Notes: generated by a model not told the origin, from the sequence alone. A stretch of 63,235 nt of DNA, filler included, from Asterionella formosa (GCA_002256025.1; 5 parts of 5 records of this genome joined end to end with filler, not necessarily neighbours in it); one strand, 5' to 3'. Counted from the first letter of the whole stretch, positions 12,159 to 25,476 are shown. Numbers and translations: made by a program.

Positions 12159-14289
12159 TTCCTTGTCCGCTTCTGTGTCCAATGATGCTTCTTAGGATGG
12201 TGATGGCTAATAGTCACAAAAGTGGGAATTATTTTGTTCTGTTGATGGCAGAGATCGCAAACAGAGGAACGAATCCTGATGCTATATCCAGCCACGAAGA
12301 AAGTATAATAAATACTCCGAGTGCAGCCGCATACACACATATCCTATGTATTATTTACACTGAAGATACAGCATTAAGCAACAAAGCCCGACAACTATCT
12401 GCAACAAATAGTCTATCTGGCTGCCAGCAAATACTAATGCTGTGAAGGTCATGGAACAAGGAAAGAAACATCGCTCTGCAACCTGAAACCAGTGCGCCAC
12501 TGCTCCAGTAGTTTAAGTATATTTTCAGTCAACTGCAGCATGATGGTACATAATATAGTAACACTGCCTGAGCTGGTTAAGGTATATAAGTGACAAGCAT
12601 CATCAGCTGCAACAATTTTCTGGGCAGCATTAGTCTATAGGCCTAGCTACTAGGTCACAGGAAAGATACCAAATTTTTGCCTACAGTTATTTTTTCCATG
12701 ACAACAATGTTATACTCACAAAAATCAGTAGCATTCTTATTATTCCGCATTTTTCTCACAATGTGGAATCATTTCTGGGTTTACAGGGAAAATGACAGTT
12801 GGTATCAATTTTGGGTATCAGCAACGGCTACAGGAAATTTCACAGAATCTTTTGCCACGTGATGATCACATCCATGTATGTATGATAAGTACATGTCATA
12901 GCTACATCTAAATATATTTGATTGTAATTATAAAGTCTACGTTTTTAATAATCAGAATGTAAGTATAGCAGACTCAGCAGCAGTATAATAAATACTTGCT
13001 TACTATAGTATACCGGTATATCATACATGTGTCTATTGTATGTTGATATTTACTGGAATGTAGTATTACTCACATCTACTATCTATTGTGACGCAAAGAA
13101 TCCTATTATAACCGCCGGTACTGATACCCGTGCACCAGTGGCCAAAGTCACCATATTTGTTGGGATGATCCTGGGTTGGTAAGTAAGTACATAAGTACAT
13201 GAGCAAACATCAGGGCTGGCAGCTCCAAGGAGTGCTACGTGGTCTACCCTTCTAGCAAATGAGTAGTCTTATAGCGCTTAATATAAGCGAAGTTAAATTT
13301 ATAATGTCTTGATGATGATTGCACCCTCCTGGCATTTTCTGAAAATGAATACTGGGACCAAGTTACTTGGAATTGATACTGATTAGTGTGCAAAGACATA
13401 TGATTTCTTGTCATGGTGTACATCAACCATCATTATCAAGTGGCTTATCAAAACAACAAGAAATCAGGAAGCCATGATGATTTTGTCAACTTTTTTATTA
13501 CTACCATTTTTGGTTTTGTCAGGCTCCTCTTTTGTTAAACTTCGCTGTACCATTGTTGCCTTCCTAAGCCTTTCGTGAGATTATTGTATTGATACTGCCC
13601 CAACATCATCATCAAAATCTTCAAGCAACTTCAGTGTTAGAAAGATGATAAGGCGTGATGCCATATTGACACAAATCGTTCATCATCTGTTGAAAAATTG
13701 CAAATTCATTGGATTTATTTGAAAAGACCAATTCTGCTAAACTACAACTGTAACAGTCTGCAAGTGTACCACGACATGAAAATCCTTATCTCGATGGTCT
13801 AGAAAATTACAAGATCCAACTCAAACTTGCACAGGAAGAACTGCTGGAAAGTAAGGATTATGATTATTCAACTTCTGACTTTGTCCAAGCTCATTTGGAA
13901 ATTGCATTATGTACGAGAAAGCGTGATCAGGTCTTCAATCTGTTGTCCCAAGGCGACACATTGAAACAATGAAGCCAGCAAGAATTCATCCATTTATTCT
14001 ATAATTTATAAAAAATTTCAATCATAAATTATTATGTAGTATAATAATTATCTACATTAGATTTGTCTCATGCACTTCCATCCTACTACTCTCAATATTT
14101 CTGGTGGTTCTTGCAAACCCATGTTATGAATCTTTTCCAAAATAACATCTTGAATGACAGAGCTGCCAGGAGGCATATTATCCAATTTCTCCACAGTTGG
14201 TAAATATCTTCAACCAAGAATAGAATTCGGTACTCGGATGATTTCTGTTAAGATCTGCTGGATATCGTCTGTCTGATGACTTTCAGTTG

Positions 14290-14770
14290 ACCACCCTGAC
14301 ATATCTTTATCAAATACCTTTTTGTCGATGACATAATTGTGTACTAGTCATGCACACACTTCAAGAGTTTTTCCAAGCCAGTTGTTGAGTTCCTTTTCAG
14401 AACACCCCATTTTGTCTGTAGCTAACCAAATGCTATTTCTATCCTGATCCTTTTCTGTGAAAGAAGAAATTGTACTAGGCATCCTGTGTACATTCATCAC
14501 ACTGGAAACCAACAAATATAAATAACAACATGAAATCTGACAATGTGTATGAAGCATGACCAACAAGATAGAAACCTGGTGTAACAAATGATGCAATCCG
14601 GTTGGGTTGAGAAGTTCTCTCAAATGCAACTTGATCACTGCATTTTAAGGAAAAATAACACCAAAGAAAATCAATCTACTCTCAATATCACAGACTGCCT
14701 GAACATTGATCCCATAAATCATGTAATGGCCTGAATAAAAAGCCCCAGAATTGATTGGGAAAATTTGTTA
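14290..14770 (-). mobile_element. Degenerate PIF/Harbinger transposase (DDE_Tnp_4-type) fragment
   Basis: Minus strand reads FYSGHYMIYGINVQAVCD..SR..FFGV...CSDQVAFERT...FYLVG..SYTLSD...IRIEIAFG..TKWGVL with stops and frameshifts. It closely resembles the transposase at 58405..59340. Confidence 0.8.
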
Positions 14771-15372
14771 GTGATACCAAAAAAGTGATATTGCTCCTGG
14801 CCTAGATGGTGATACTCGAACATTATTTGCATCAACTGCCATTGGGAGTGGGGAGAATGTTAGTTTTTGTGAATTGCATTGAAAGCAAACAACCCCCAAG
14901 AATTGCCTTCATGTCACGACAAATTGGTCAACGAGCTAGGGGCCTTTGAGGCAGAGTAATTGGATTTAAATGGATGTGCCATTCATTGCCTAAATGGTCT
15001 ATGCCCCACTTCCGATGTACCAAATTCAAGTTTTTTTCCATGTGGGGTCTGTAATGGAGAAGATGTAATGAGCCATGGGTTGGACTTGGTTGACCCCAGC
15101 AAGACAAATGCTGTCCTTGCTCGTAGTCCTTATGCAACACTTTCTGTGCTTAGATAACTTATTCTTCTGCCCCTTAAACATATAATCTGTTTATGTAACT
15201 CCAGGGTGACTAATACAAGAAAGAGGAAGGGCGTTGTAGTAAAAAAGTATAATTATTCAAAAGTGAGTTTACAACATTGAGTCTGTAACCTGAGGGATGC
15301 GGCTACGAGCTCGATGTGCCACCGAAAGTAGCTCCTCATTTTGTGCACAGAGGAAGGACGGCGCAAACTGTG

Positions 15373-15960
15373 TCAAAATGATTCCTTGTTTCTTTTAGCT
15401 TTGCATCGCCGCCTAATCAGCTCTCTGGTCACTTCCAAGTTTTTCGAAATCGAATGATACGTATCTCGGCTCATTCCAGAACCTCCGGAGGAAGCACTGC
15501 AAAAGCTTCCGTTGCCTTCTTTTGTGCTGATACACCTAGAGGCCTCCCTGTGCTTTCTCTGTGTAGGTCGCGCGATAGTCGAGCCAGTAATCACGGCTCC
15601 TTCTAAGCATTTCGCCGTACCTGTAATACCAGGAATGAAGTATCCCCTTATTTCAAGGCGCTCTTGGGATTCTTGTTCATGAACTTCGTCCTCCTCATTC
15701 TCTGTACGGAAGTCAAAGTCAGAGCTAATGATAGATGAGAGGGACATCGACGAAGAACACGATGACTCCATCGATCGACGAGAAATACTGAGGCCATTCA
15801 GCTTCTTGTTCTTCCTGCCTTGTCGGGGTTCCTTCAAGAATGCCGGAATGTCACTCAAGCTGCTATCTTCGTATACTTCGTTGACGCGCATCTTATGTGC
15901 AGCATGGCTTGTCTGCAAGTCAAGGGAAGGAGAATTAGAACTGCCGTTTAAGTCGTTCAT
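15373..15960 (-). CDS. Hypothetical Ser/Arg-rich protein, paralog of 25477..26235
   Basis: Likely ATG at 15960 (MNDLNGSS). Shares the blocks SLSDIPAFLKEPR, RGYFIPGITGTAKCLEGA.ITGST and MSRD.YHSISKNLE.TREL with the paralog. Confidence 0.7.
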   Translation of the reverse strand: MNDLNGSSNSPSLDLQTSHAAHKMRVNEVYEDSSLSDIPAFLKEPRQGRKNKKLNGLSISRRSMESSCSSSMSLSSIISSDFDFRTENEEDEVHEQESQERLEIRGYFIPGITGTAKCLEGAVITGSTIARPTQRKHREASRCISTKEGNGSFCSASSGGSGMSRDTYHSISKNLEVTRELIRRRCKAKRNKESF

Positions 15961-16841
15961 TTTCACTGCAGCGATTAGAAACAATCTTTGTGTTAATTTC
16001 CAGAGCATCAATTTTTTGGTGCGTATACAATTTGGTCGAGGCAGCAGTAGAAAAGTAGTACCGGTAGACCTGGATTCGTACACAATCACATCATGTGGTT
16101 CGTAAACAACTCGACATTGTCTTTCTTTAGTCCCCCGATTACCAACACAAACATATATATATATGTAGGAACATTTTGAATAACGCGATGTCAAATTATT
16201 CAGACGATGGTCACAGAATGCTTAGCTCGGTTGAAGTCAGTAAAATGTCTTGTCTACCGGTGACTCAAGAAAAACAAGAGAATATGTGTGACATTCCTTT
16301 TTTATATACTAAATTCATCAGGTAAGTCATATTTTCACGATGTAAGTAGAATCGACATTCTATGTCCAATAGTCCGTTCTAATCCATGGGGACTTTTACG
16401 AAAACGTTTTGTTGGCAAATGGTACGGAAGTAAATTGTAGATTGCTTCGTAGCTGATGACATAACTTTGGCTGTCAAATGCTGAGTACGGTTATATTTTC
16501 GGAATGTTGGCTATGTATGGCAAAATATAAACATGAACGAATCATTTATATAGAAATTGCTAAGTGCATATTTAGTCAAGTCACTACATAAGCGTCTCAA
16601 TGAGCGATGCTTTGTTTACATATATTTTGGATGATATTGCTTTCTACGTAGAATTATGTCGCTTCATCACGAGGCATCGGAATCTCAATGGCAATCAATT
16701 TACAGGTAGGATCCTCAAATGAGAGGGCGATGGGTGAGGTACAATTTGTAGATGTCATGGAGCGGCTGTGATGTGTCGTACTACAACAGCTTGATACAAA
16801 GGGGGGATACGCTTCATAGACAAAAGTCTGCAGGTCAACGT

Positions 16842-17253
16842 AAATAGCAGGAAGGTACCAGGTACGGGGAACTCCGTACTTCCTCGATCCATACGTGTAT
16901 CGTTCACAGACCTCGCTGTTTATTTTCCAAATATCTTTCGAACACGCGTTTTTCTGCGAAGTTCGCGTACCGGTACTTCTTGAAAAGTACGCGCGACTTT
17001 TATTTCGTCAAAGCGAGTTTGAGCCCTGGGAGTTGACGAAAAAAAATAGCAGGAAGGTCCGGGGAACTCCATACGGTACTTCCTCGCTATGTGGAAAATT
17101 CCGTATGTGTATCGTGGACAGACCTCGCTCTTTATTTTCCAAATATCTTTCGAACGCCCATTTTTCTGCGAAGTTCGCGTATGTACCGGTAATTCTTGAA
17201 AAGTACGCTTGACTTTCATTTCATCAAAGCGAGTTTGAGCTCTGGGAGTTGAT
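16842..17253. repeat. Two-copy ~200-bp tandem direct repeat
   Basis: AAATAGCAGGAAGGT...ACAGACCTCGCT.TTTATTTTCCAAATATCTTTCGAAC...TCAAAGCGAGTTTGAGC.CTGGGAGTTGA occurs at about 16842-17038 and 17044-17253. Confidence 0.9.
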
Positions 17254-17653
17254 GGACACTCCGAAGTACGAAATCAACATCGCATCACGTTTTCAAAAAG
17301 ACAGCAAAAGAACGCCAAAAGAGCAAAAAGTGTCGCATATCAGGGTGTTCCCAATCTTTTGTAAGCTTTTGCGGCTTTTGGCGAATTTTCGTTTGAACTC
17401 TCTCAATGTGATACTCCGACCAGGTATATATGATATCTTGCAATGTACCGTATACTTCATTGTCCTGGACCCCCCTGGGTTGCTGGACCCCCCTATACAT
17501 TTTTTTCTAGGTGGCACCAAACAACCAATAATTTTCCAGACATACCGGTAGACAAAGTAACGTGCTATAATTCTGATTTTTGTGGCAGAAATTGAATGAC
17601 GCTAATATTATAAACTACCGGTAATATCGGTACTACCAATGCACACTACATAT

Positions 17654-18653
17654 CAGAGGTCGGTGAAAGTATACTGCAGTATTGGATACTGATACTGCTC
17701 CAGATGCAGTATCATTATACCAGTATACTGTCATTCTATATTCCAAATACCATACTGTTCCAAAATTTTGCCAGCTTGCCAGTATACTGCTATGTAGGAA
17801 TCTACAGAAAATTCTGCATGTCTTGTAGCATTGGAGAGCGAAATTCCATTCAATGCTTGGGCTATTAAGCAACACCAAAATAGAAAAATCGGCATACAAT
17901 AGAAATTATATTTGTCTTGACCTCCTCCTTGGTACTTCTGACAAACTGTTTGAGTTGGCTGTCATGAAGGTAATGAAAGGTGAAGAGCTGAATGCCGAAG
18001 AGAACCATAAAGTTGCAAAACTTAGGAAGACACATGCTGTACCTGCCAATGGTATGAGTAATGATTCCTCTGAAGAATGTCCTAAAAATTCTGATGGTGC
18101 TGATTCTTCAGAACACCAACAAAACTATGCAGATTTGATTCAGAAGAGAATTAAACGGCGCAAGCATGCTGTCAGGTCCATCAATGAAAATTACATTTGT
18201 CTTGACCTCCTCCTTGGTACTTCTGTTAGTTGTGAAAGGCTCTTTTCCATTGCCAAGCACATTCTTACTTGTGTGAGGAAGTCAACATCACCTGCTGTGT
18301 TTGAAGCGATCCTATTTCTAAAAATGAATAGACATTACTGGAATGAGGTTGTGGTCACCAAAGCAATGGGTAGGACTATCACATTAGAGATGGATGATGA
18401 TCAAGTAGATAAACATGATAGAACCAAAGCACTAAAGTAGCTGCCATGATTGCCTGCTGCATCCTTTGTTATTGGCCGAAAAAAATTAGTGACAATAAGA
18501 ATACTGCTTTGGAAGCAGTATCAGTATACTGGTATACTGTCATTTCAATATTGAAATACTTAACTGTTCGCCAAGTGAATACAGTATACCAGTATACTGT
18601 CATTCTCTAAAAAATCCCGCAGTTTTACTGCAGTATAATATCACCGACCTATG
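17654..18653 (+). mobile_element. Non-autonomous hAT DNA transposon with TIRs and 8-bp TSD
   Basis: TIRs CAGAGGTCGGTGAAAGTATACTGCAGTA / (rc) CATAGGTCGGTGATATTATACTGCAGTA (25/28). Exact TSD CTACATAT at 17646-17653 and 18654-18661. Subterminal CAGTATACTG repeats. ORF 17853..18440 has the hAT dimerisation motif SVSCERLFSIAK...FEAILFLKMN. Confidence 0.95.
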
Positions 18654-18666
18654 CTACATATTAATC

Positions 18667-18942
18667 ATGTCAACAACAAGATCAGCAACAATCAACAGCC
18701 GCCGAGATGGGGAGTTGCTTGGACCAAATGCTTCCAGCAATGGGCGCTCATGTGAGCAACATGAATGCTGTGGGAAGGCGGTTAAGGCTGATGATGTGAT
18801 CAGGTTCAAGCTGGCTGTTGTGGAGGATGTATTGGGCAAACCATTGGAGATGATCAAGGCTGTCATCATCAAGGACAGCACAGAACTTTGCACTGATCCC
18901 CTTCATCATAGTAAAAGGTGTATGTGTCATCATCAGAAATGA
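18667..18942 (+). pseudogene. Truncated small Cys/His protein (GxNxSSNGRSCExHxCCG), probably a transposon-associated accessory ORF
   Basis: The coding-like N-terminus DGELLGPNASSNGRSCEQHECCGKAV..DDVIRFKL breaks down after about 75 aa and lies among TE remnants. Confidence 0.4.
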
Positions 18943-19960
18943 TCTAGAAGTGATTTTCAAGGGCATACAACTCAGTTGTATCACCATCATCTACAGTCCT
19001 GGGATCAGTGACCGCAATGGCGATCACCTCCTTACCTCTGATTTTCTTTAGCTCCCTCTGCAGAACTGTCATTCTTTCAAGTTGATGACCTTTTACGATT
19101 TTCACATGATGATTTCGGACCCACAGTGATAGGTGAATGTACTTCGAAACGCATAAAACGACGCCATGCATACCTCCAGAAGGCTGCAGTTCTTTAAATT
19201 TAGATTTACTTTTCAGAAACGAAAAATCAGTTCAATTGAGCTAGGGGCCAGGGATTGAAAACCTAGATTTTTCTATTTATTCTTTTTGAACGCCTGTCAT
19301 GCGTCACGTTGTCCATTTCAGAAAAATTATCTTATTTACTCCTAGTACCAAGTCTACGGACTAACCTACATGCTGCTTCTGATCCTCCTCCTCTTCCACT
19401 TCATTTCCCTCTACCACCAGTCTCTCATCCCAATGCTGCCTTAAGAATTCAAAGAATATGGAATCATGATCCAAAACCCTTTTCTCCACACTGCAATAGA
19501 AACCCAAACCCCTCAGAACCATTCTTGGTTGGCGCATATTTCAAGCGCTACTCTCCAATCCCCCCTTTGCTACCACTCTCACTTCTCCTTCCCCTCAATT
19601 GAGGACCCCTGCCTCTCCTGTGTCCGGGTCAATTCATGGTCCGCACAGCTGGTGTTCAAAAAAAGTCATCCACCATGGCCAGCCCCAATCCCTCTACTTT
19701 TCAGTCAACCAAAAAGGCACCTCACCCACTACATCTAACAAAGTCTCCTCCCCCTATCATCAACAAGACTTCCCCAAACCCAAGAAAACAGCGCCTACTG
19801 ACAGCGGTTCATTACACTTTTTGCACAAAAGTTTCTGAAAATGCACAATGAGTTAGTACAGGGAATGCAAGATTGCTTTTTCTGACTAAATATCTAGCAA
19901 ATCAATCAACATTTATATCAATCTTCTATGTAAGTTTGTAATGAAAAAACAACAAAAGGG

Positions 19961-21900
19961 ATGGCTTTATATAAGCAGGCGATTGCAGCATTAGACTCAA
20001 CGCATTTTTCGGTTGAATCCCGGAAATATTTTGCTTGCTCCTTCAAGAAAAAGGATTACGAGCCAATGACATCTGAAGCTCTAACCCGATACTATTTGGA
20101 TTCAAGGAGCAATATGAGGTTTGCTGTTATGCCTTTGTTGCCAGCAAATTTTGTATCTATTAAGAGTGGCAAGGGCTGGCATCCATAACACTTGTAATGA
20201 CAGGCTGAGGATTAAAGAGTTCAGAGAGGAAGTGGCCTTGAACAGCAAGTTACCCCTCAGGAAATAGAAAACGAGATTCCTCCCCAATTCTGGAGAGCCA
20301 ATGGTATTTTACATTGGCACCCAATGTTGCAGAGGTGCTTGTCGATGCAAGCAACATTCCACAATCTCGAGCAGCTCAAAAGCGTGAAGATCAGAAACAT
20401 CTCCAGCAGAAGTATGAAGATGATTGTGTGGATCTAAAATCTAGGAAAATAGATGATGAAAATACATTGAGGAAACAAAGCATTTGGGCAAAGCTACATG
20501 CAGCTGCTAATCTGTTGCGTGAACAGGGCCAGCTTGATGACTTTGAGAAAACATTGAACCTGTTGGACAGGATGAAGCCAACAATTCCTGATTCAGAATA
20601 TACTTCACAAGTGCGAGCTGTGTTCAAAGTAAAGCCAAACTCACAAAGAGACAAAGCAGATGTTGAACTGATAATTGTTAATGATTGGGACCAAGAGAAT
20701 AGGTTACAGATTATAGAAGTCTAGGATCCCAAGGATTCTGATGAAGAGTAAGTTAACAAATTATTATATTAACTTGAAATGATTCTTCAATGCCTGAGTG
20801 CGAGCTAGCCACTGGCTTTTCAAATCAGGACTATTATTTGTTTCTGTCAATGCTGCCTTGATAGTATCATCACTGCACTCATCACAGATCCACAATCCAT
20901 CTCCCCTTGGAGGATCATCAGAAATTTTGTTTAGTCGTGCCTTCACTCCACTTGGATAGTCAGGTAGATCACTGTTGAGGTGTCCATCTTCTTTCAATAG
21001 AATATTATGGAGTATACAACAAGTTTGACAAACAAGAATGCATTGCCAATATGCATGATGCATGTGGTTGAAAACTTTAAGGAATTCAAACCGTTTTTTC
21101 AGAATACCAAAGAATCTTTCAATGTCTTTACCAACAGACTTAAGCATAGCTAACCAGCCACCTCATTGTCTGACTGCCAGCAAGTCCTGTTTTAAAGGGA
21201 TATAAAAGAAGCCATGGCTACCAGCAAAGATATCCACCATCGCAAATAAGGTATGAAATGATTGATACTTCCCTGCTCCGCTTACTACTGCACTCCATCT
21301 TTTGGAGTGTAGCCACCCATTGCAAAAGGTTAAGCACTGCAAAATCGGTTCTGACTATTTGTTTATTATGTTTGTCATTTCTAGCTCCAGGATGGCCGGG
21401 TAAAACTGCCTCTGAAATAATTTCCGGCTCATGCAGATGACCTCATATGCCATGGATGGAAAACCCTCTTTGCCTGTGTACATGTGAAAATATTGATTAG
21501 GGCACTGTTCCCAGCCAATGTGTACATAATCAACTGAACCGACGCATCCAGGGAGTCCAATGTCACTGTATTCATTTGTGACCACAAATCTGTATTGTTC
21601 GCTCGTCATCACATGGCATGTAGATGAAGTCATGTTGGAAGTGATGCCATCTTCTCTGTCCATCGAACTTCGAATGAGCGATATTTTTCTTCAATCAAAT
21701 TTTTGTTCATAATGACAACAAATGAGTAGCAGCTGTACCAAATGTAAATAGAGCTCCAAGTTAGCCACTGGAAGGCAGCAACAGTCAACTTTATCAGCCT
21801 TCCATTATAGCCACCATTTTCCAACAGCTAAATCAAGCAACTGATCTCTTACAACTGAATAAAGGATCAGCCATCATGAAGATGAGCCTGAATCTATTGG
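19961..21900 (-). mobile_element. Degenerate PIF/Harbinger-group element (Plant_tran-type transposase on -, convergent accessory ORF on +)
   Basis: Minus strand: GLPGCVGSVD.VHIGWEQCP...YTGKEGFPSMAYEV (21355..21663), YLICDGGY (~21230-21255) and KDIERFFGILKKRF...CCILHNILL (20764..21147). Plus-strand fragments 19961..20188 and 20314..20724 converge on it. Confidence 0.85.
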
Positions 21901-22920
21901 CTTCTCTTCCATTCAGTTCAGTCAAATATATGGCCTTGCTTGATGGAAGGAAAGTGTGGGTTTGCAAGACCGCACAAACCAGGCCAGGCCAATCAAATGT
22001 CATTAAGTCATTGAACTTGACCAATCAAATTATTTATTGCAAAGCGAACACTAACAATAGAATTTTTTACAGGAGATTTTAGGACGAAAAATTGAATCAC
22101 AAGACTCCTATTCTGATTCTGACATTTTGGCGCGAGACCCTTGAAAAGGCTGATATTGTCGAATTTTTGAACGATGATAGCTCAATGTTGGCAGGGTTTG
22201 AAGAACAGTTAAGCATATAGGTAATCTTCATATAGCCCCAGAAGTTAACTTTTGGCGAGAAAGTGCAGGAAGGAACTTCGGTGTTTACCTAGGCCAAATA
22301 AACGAGTTGGCCTGGCAAAATCCATTATTATCACCAGCATAGTTAAAAATCCGAAATTCCTTTCTGTAATTTCTCGACAGATCCTATATCCTGACGATAT
22401 ATAGCATTGACCTATATCCCTACTTTGTCAGAAGACTGTATCTAAGCATATGGATGGAAAGGCTGGATATTGGTGAAAGCTCTGTTTAGCAATATTCATT
22501 TTTTGTGAGGTTGACCAGCACTCTGACTTAATATTACTATTTTAACCCTACCTCTAGTAGTAATCATACCGGTATTAATGGTAATTACCGGTATCTGAAG
22601 TTATGTTTATTTTTTCGCTCATTGGCGGACACCAACAATTAATGTTACAAACGTTGATTTCTTGATGGGCTGCAGTATTGGGAAATATCTGTCAGTCCTG
22701 AGCATGAATAAAACACTATTAACAGCAAATTGCCACATCTTGTTGCACATATGAATATGGCTCCCGGAAAAAATAACAGCAACTTGCAGGACTATCCGCC
22801 CCACTTTTGCAGGCACAAGGCTCGTCACAGAATAACTAGCAAATGACTCTAGGTATAACAAAAAAGTCAATGCACTACTTTTGATTTTGTTCATTTAAAA
22901 GTAGTAAGTATTCAACACAG

Positions 22921-24563
22921 TTAGAAAAGAGCTTCATTGGCACTGCCAATTGCATTAAAGTCGTTCCCTCCCTCCTCGTCATCATCTACAGTAACCCAAT
23001 CAATCTCCATAGCTTCTTCTTCTCGTGCTTCTTCTTCCATGGCGAGTCTGTTGTAGTCAATACAAGCAAAGCGATCCCAATCCGTTTCAAATTCATCTTC
23101 TCGCTTTTGTCGTTCGACAAAGGGATCGCGTTGCTCAAACATAAGGTACTTGTTGAGATTAAAGAGTGCATCAAATAAGGCTCCACTTACTTGTGAACAC
23201 TCTGTTTGTAAAAAGTCTTCGGCCACCAGATAATCTGGTGCTTGCGGTTTGATCATATCCATCATTTGACAGAGCATGTCTTCAAAAGGCACAATCTCAT
23301 GACCCATACATTGCATACGATGTAGTTGTACAGCATAAAAGGATCGCATTTCCATATTGTTGAGTTTCCCGTCACCGTCCACATCGACACAAGTAAACCA
23401 ATATCGAACCGACACTTCATTTGATTTGTCTTCTTCGGATAGCATGAAGAATATAAAATCTTCGTACGATAAATATTCCTTGGATGGCGTATCAAAGGGT
23501 CTAGGGGCAGCATCAAAGATGCGATCAACAATCATGTGACTCAGTGAATGATCACCGTACTTGAGTAGATCTTCTCGTGTGATTCTATAATCTCGGTCAT
23601 GATCCAACTCCCAAAAGCGACAGTAGAGTACATAAAAGTGTTCATAAGAAAAGTACCTCGTCACCTTGTTAATGTCTTCTTCATCGTCAACTTGTTGAAA
23701 GGCTTCGAGAAGATCGGACCTTCTAATTTGACGCAACGTGATGCGCCCAGAATGACATTTGTTCACAGTGTAAAAGATTCTAGTAATGACAGTGACGGCA
23801 TATTTTTCTTGGAATTCCGCGTGATTGGATAAAAATTCTAGGCCCTGATGGTCGGTCAATAAAATAGGCGGGTGATGCAATACGAAAGGGTCAACGCAAG
23901 AACATGGCACCCTGTAAATTCAATACACACAGTACGTACGGGGTGATCGTTCAGCAATTCCTTGATATATGGTAAAAAGTCATCTCTTCCCACGTAATCA
24001 TTTTCTGCCTGCTTAATGAGACGAAAGAATCTCTCCGGCGCATCGAACTTCTCCATGTCGCGCATCCAGAACCATTCCAACATGGGCTGCGAAATGGCTT
24101 CTTGGGCTTGCTTCTTTGCAGCATTCCATTCACTCAGTATGCGCTGGAAGAGGGGTCCATTGAAAAAGGACGGGAATTGACATACTTCTTTCGTAATCCT
24201 CCCAAAGTTCTCCAAAACCAATTCATTGACGTCGAGTTCCGTGAACAACTGCTTGACTCGGTCTCGCAAGCAAGGGCCACCGCCAGCAGCCGGTAGCAAC
24301 CAGTAGCTCCCCTCCTCCGCCGCCTTGCTTTGAGTGAACCGTTGGCGGCGCTCTCGCTTGGGGTAAAAAGGAGGAATGACACCTCGAGGCGAATCCGTCG
24401 AGGCGGCTTCTTCCGCTTGTTCTTGCTGCAGCTGTTCCGCCTGCGTCAGCTTATTCTCTGCAACGCTCTGGAAGGAATGAACGAGTTTGTCCACGTTCTC
24501 AAAGACAGTGTCGCTGCCAAGCCACTTCACGAGGAGCTCGTCCATTTTGATAGAGGAAGCCAT
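22921..24563 (-). CDS. PPP2R3: Protein phosphatase 2A regulatory subunit B'' (PR72/PR130 family, EF-hand), 2 exons
   Basis: HPGLEFL...EFQEKYA.TVI.RIFY, FSYEHFYVLYCRFWELD.D.D, FFMLSEEDK, YWF.C.D.DGDG, FDALFNLNKY, DWDRFA. GT-AG intron 23845..23939 joins DHP|GLEF. Confidence 0.93.
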
Positions 24564-25476
24564 GGCAAGGGCGAGGTGAAGGAGTGTACAATATCTTGGC
24601 TGATGAATAATAGTTAGTGGACACGACTGTCGGACATGACAGTATAAGTTATAGTAATGGTCGACCGTTGCTTGTTGTCGTGTGGGTGTGTGGGTGTGTG
24701 CTTCAAAAAAATGCAGCGATGGCTACCAGGTACCAGGTACCCTGGTACCACGTTGCTTTAATACGAGTACCAGTACATTTGCCTAATATACATGCATGTA
24801 TAAATTATGAATTTAAGATTAAATATTCTTTGATACATTCAGGAATTCTATTTAGTATGTTCCTGCTACCTGGTACCGGGTATGTAGCTAGATGCTGTGC
24901 CCCTGATGGCTGCAAGGCGGCTCGTGCATTCATTACGCTACCTGGTATATATACCGGTAGCTTTTCTCGTTCATAGCTACTGAACCAGGCACAGTACAGG
25001 AAAGGGGCGCTAAAGCAACGAGAAATTATTTAGCTTTTCTCCCTCATACCGGTACGGACATGATACATTTTCGGTACTGGTACCTGGTACCAGGTACTGT
25101 TTCTGGTAGTACCCTGGTGTGCACAGTAAAGTTTACCAGTACGAAACGAAATTTAATATACGGAGTAATACTGGTAGTCACATGTATTCCGGTAGTTCAT
25201 ATAGGTACTGTAAAGTGTACAGTTAGAGTATAACATCACTGATAGTACGTATTACCGGTATGTAGCTACTCCGACTGTGTAGGAGCAGAATATTATTTCA
25301 AATGTTACATGCCACTGGGCTACAATTGTACTACCTCTGTAGTTAATCCTACTACTACTGTGAACCTGGCTGTCACAAGAGGAGTCCAAGCGCTATACAC
25401 CACTTATTACAGCAGTCCCAGTTTATGTCAATGAATCATTTTTTCAGTAGTACCTGATTTGTGGTGCCTCCTGGTG

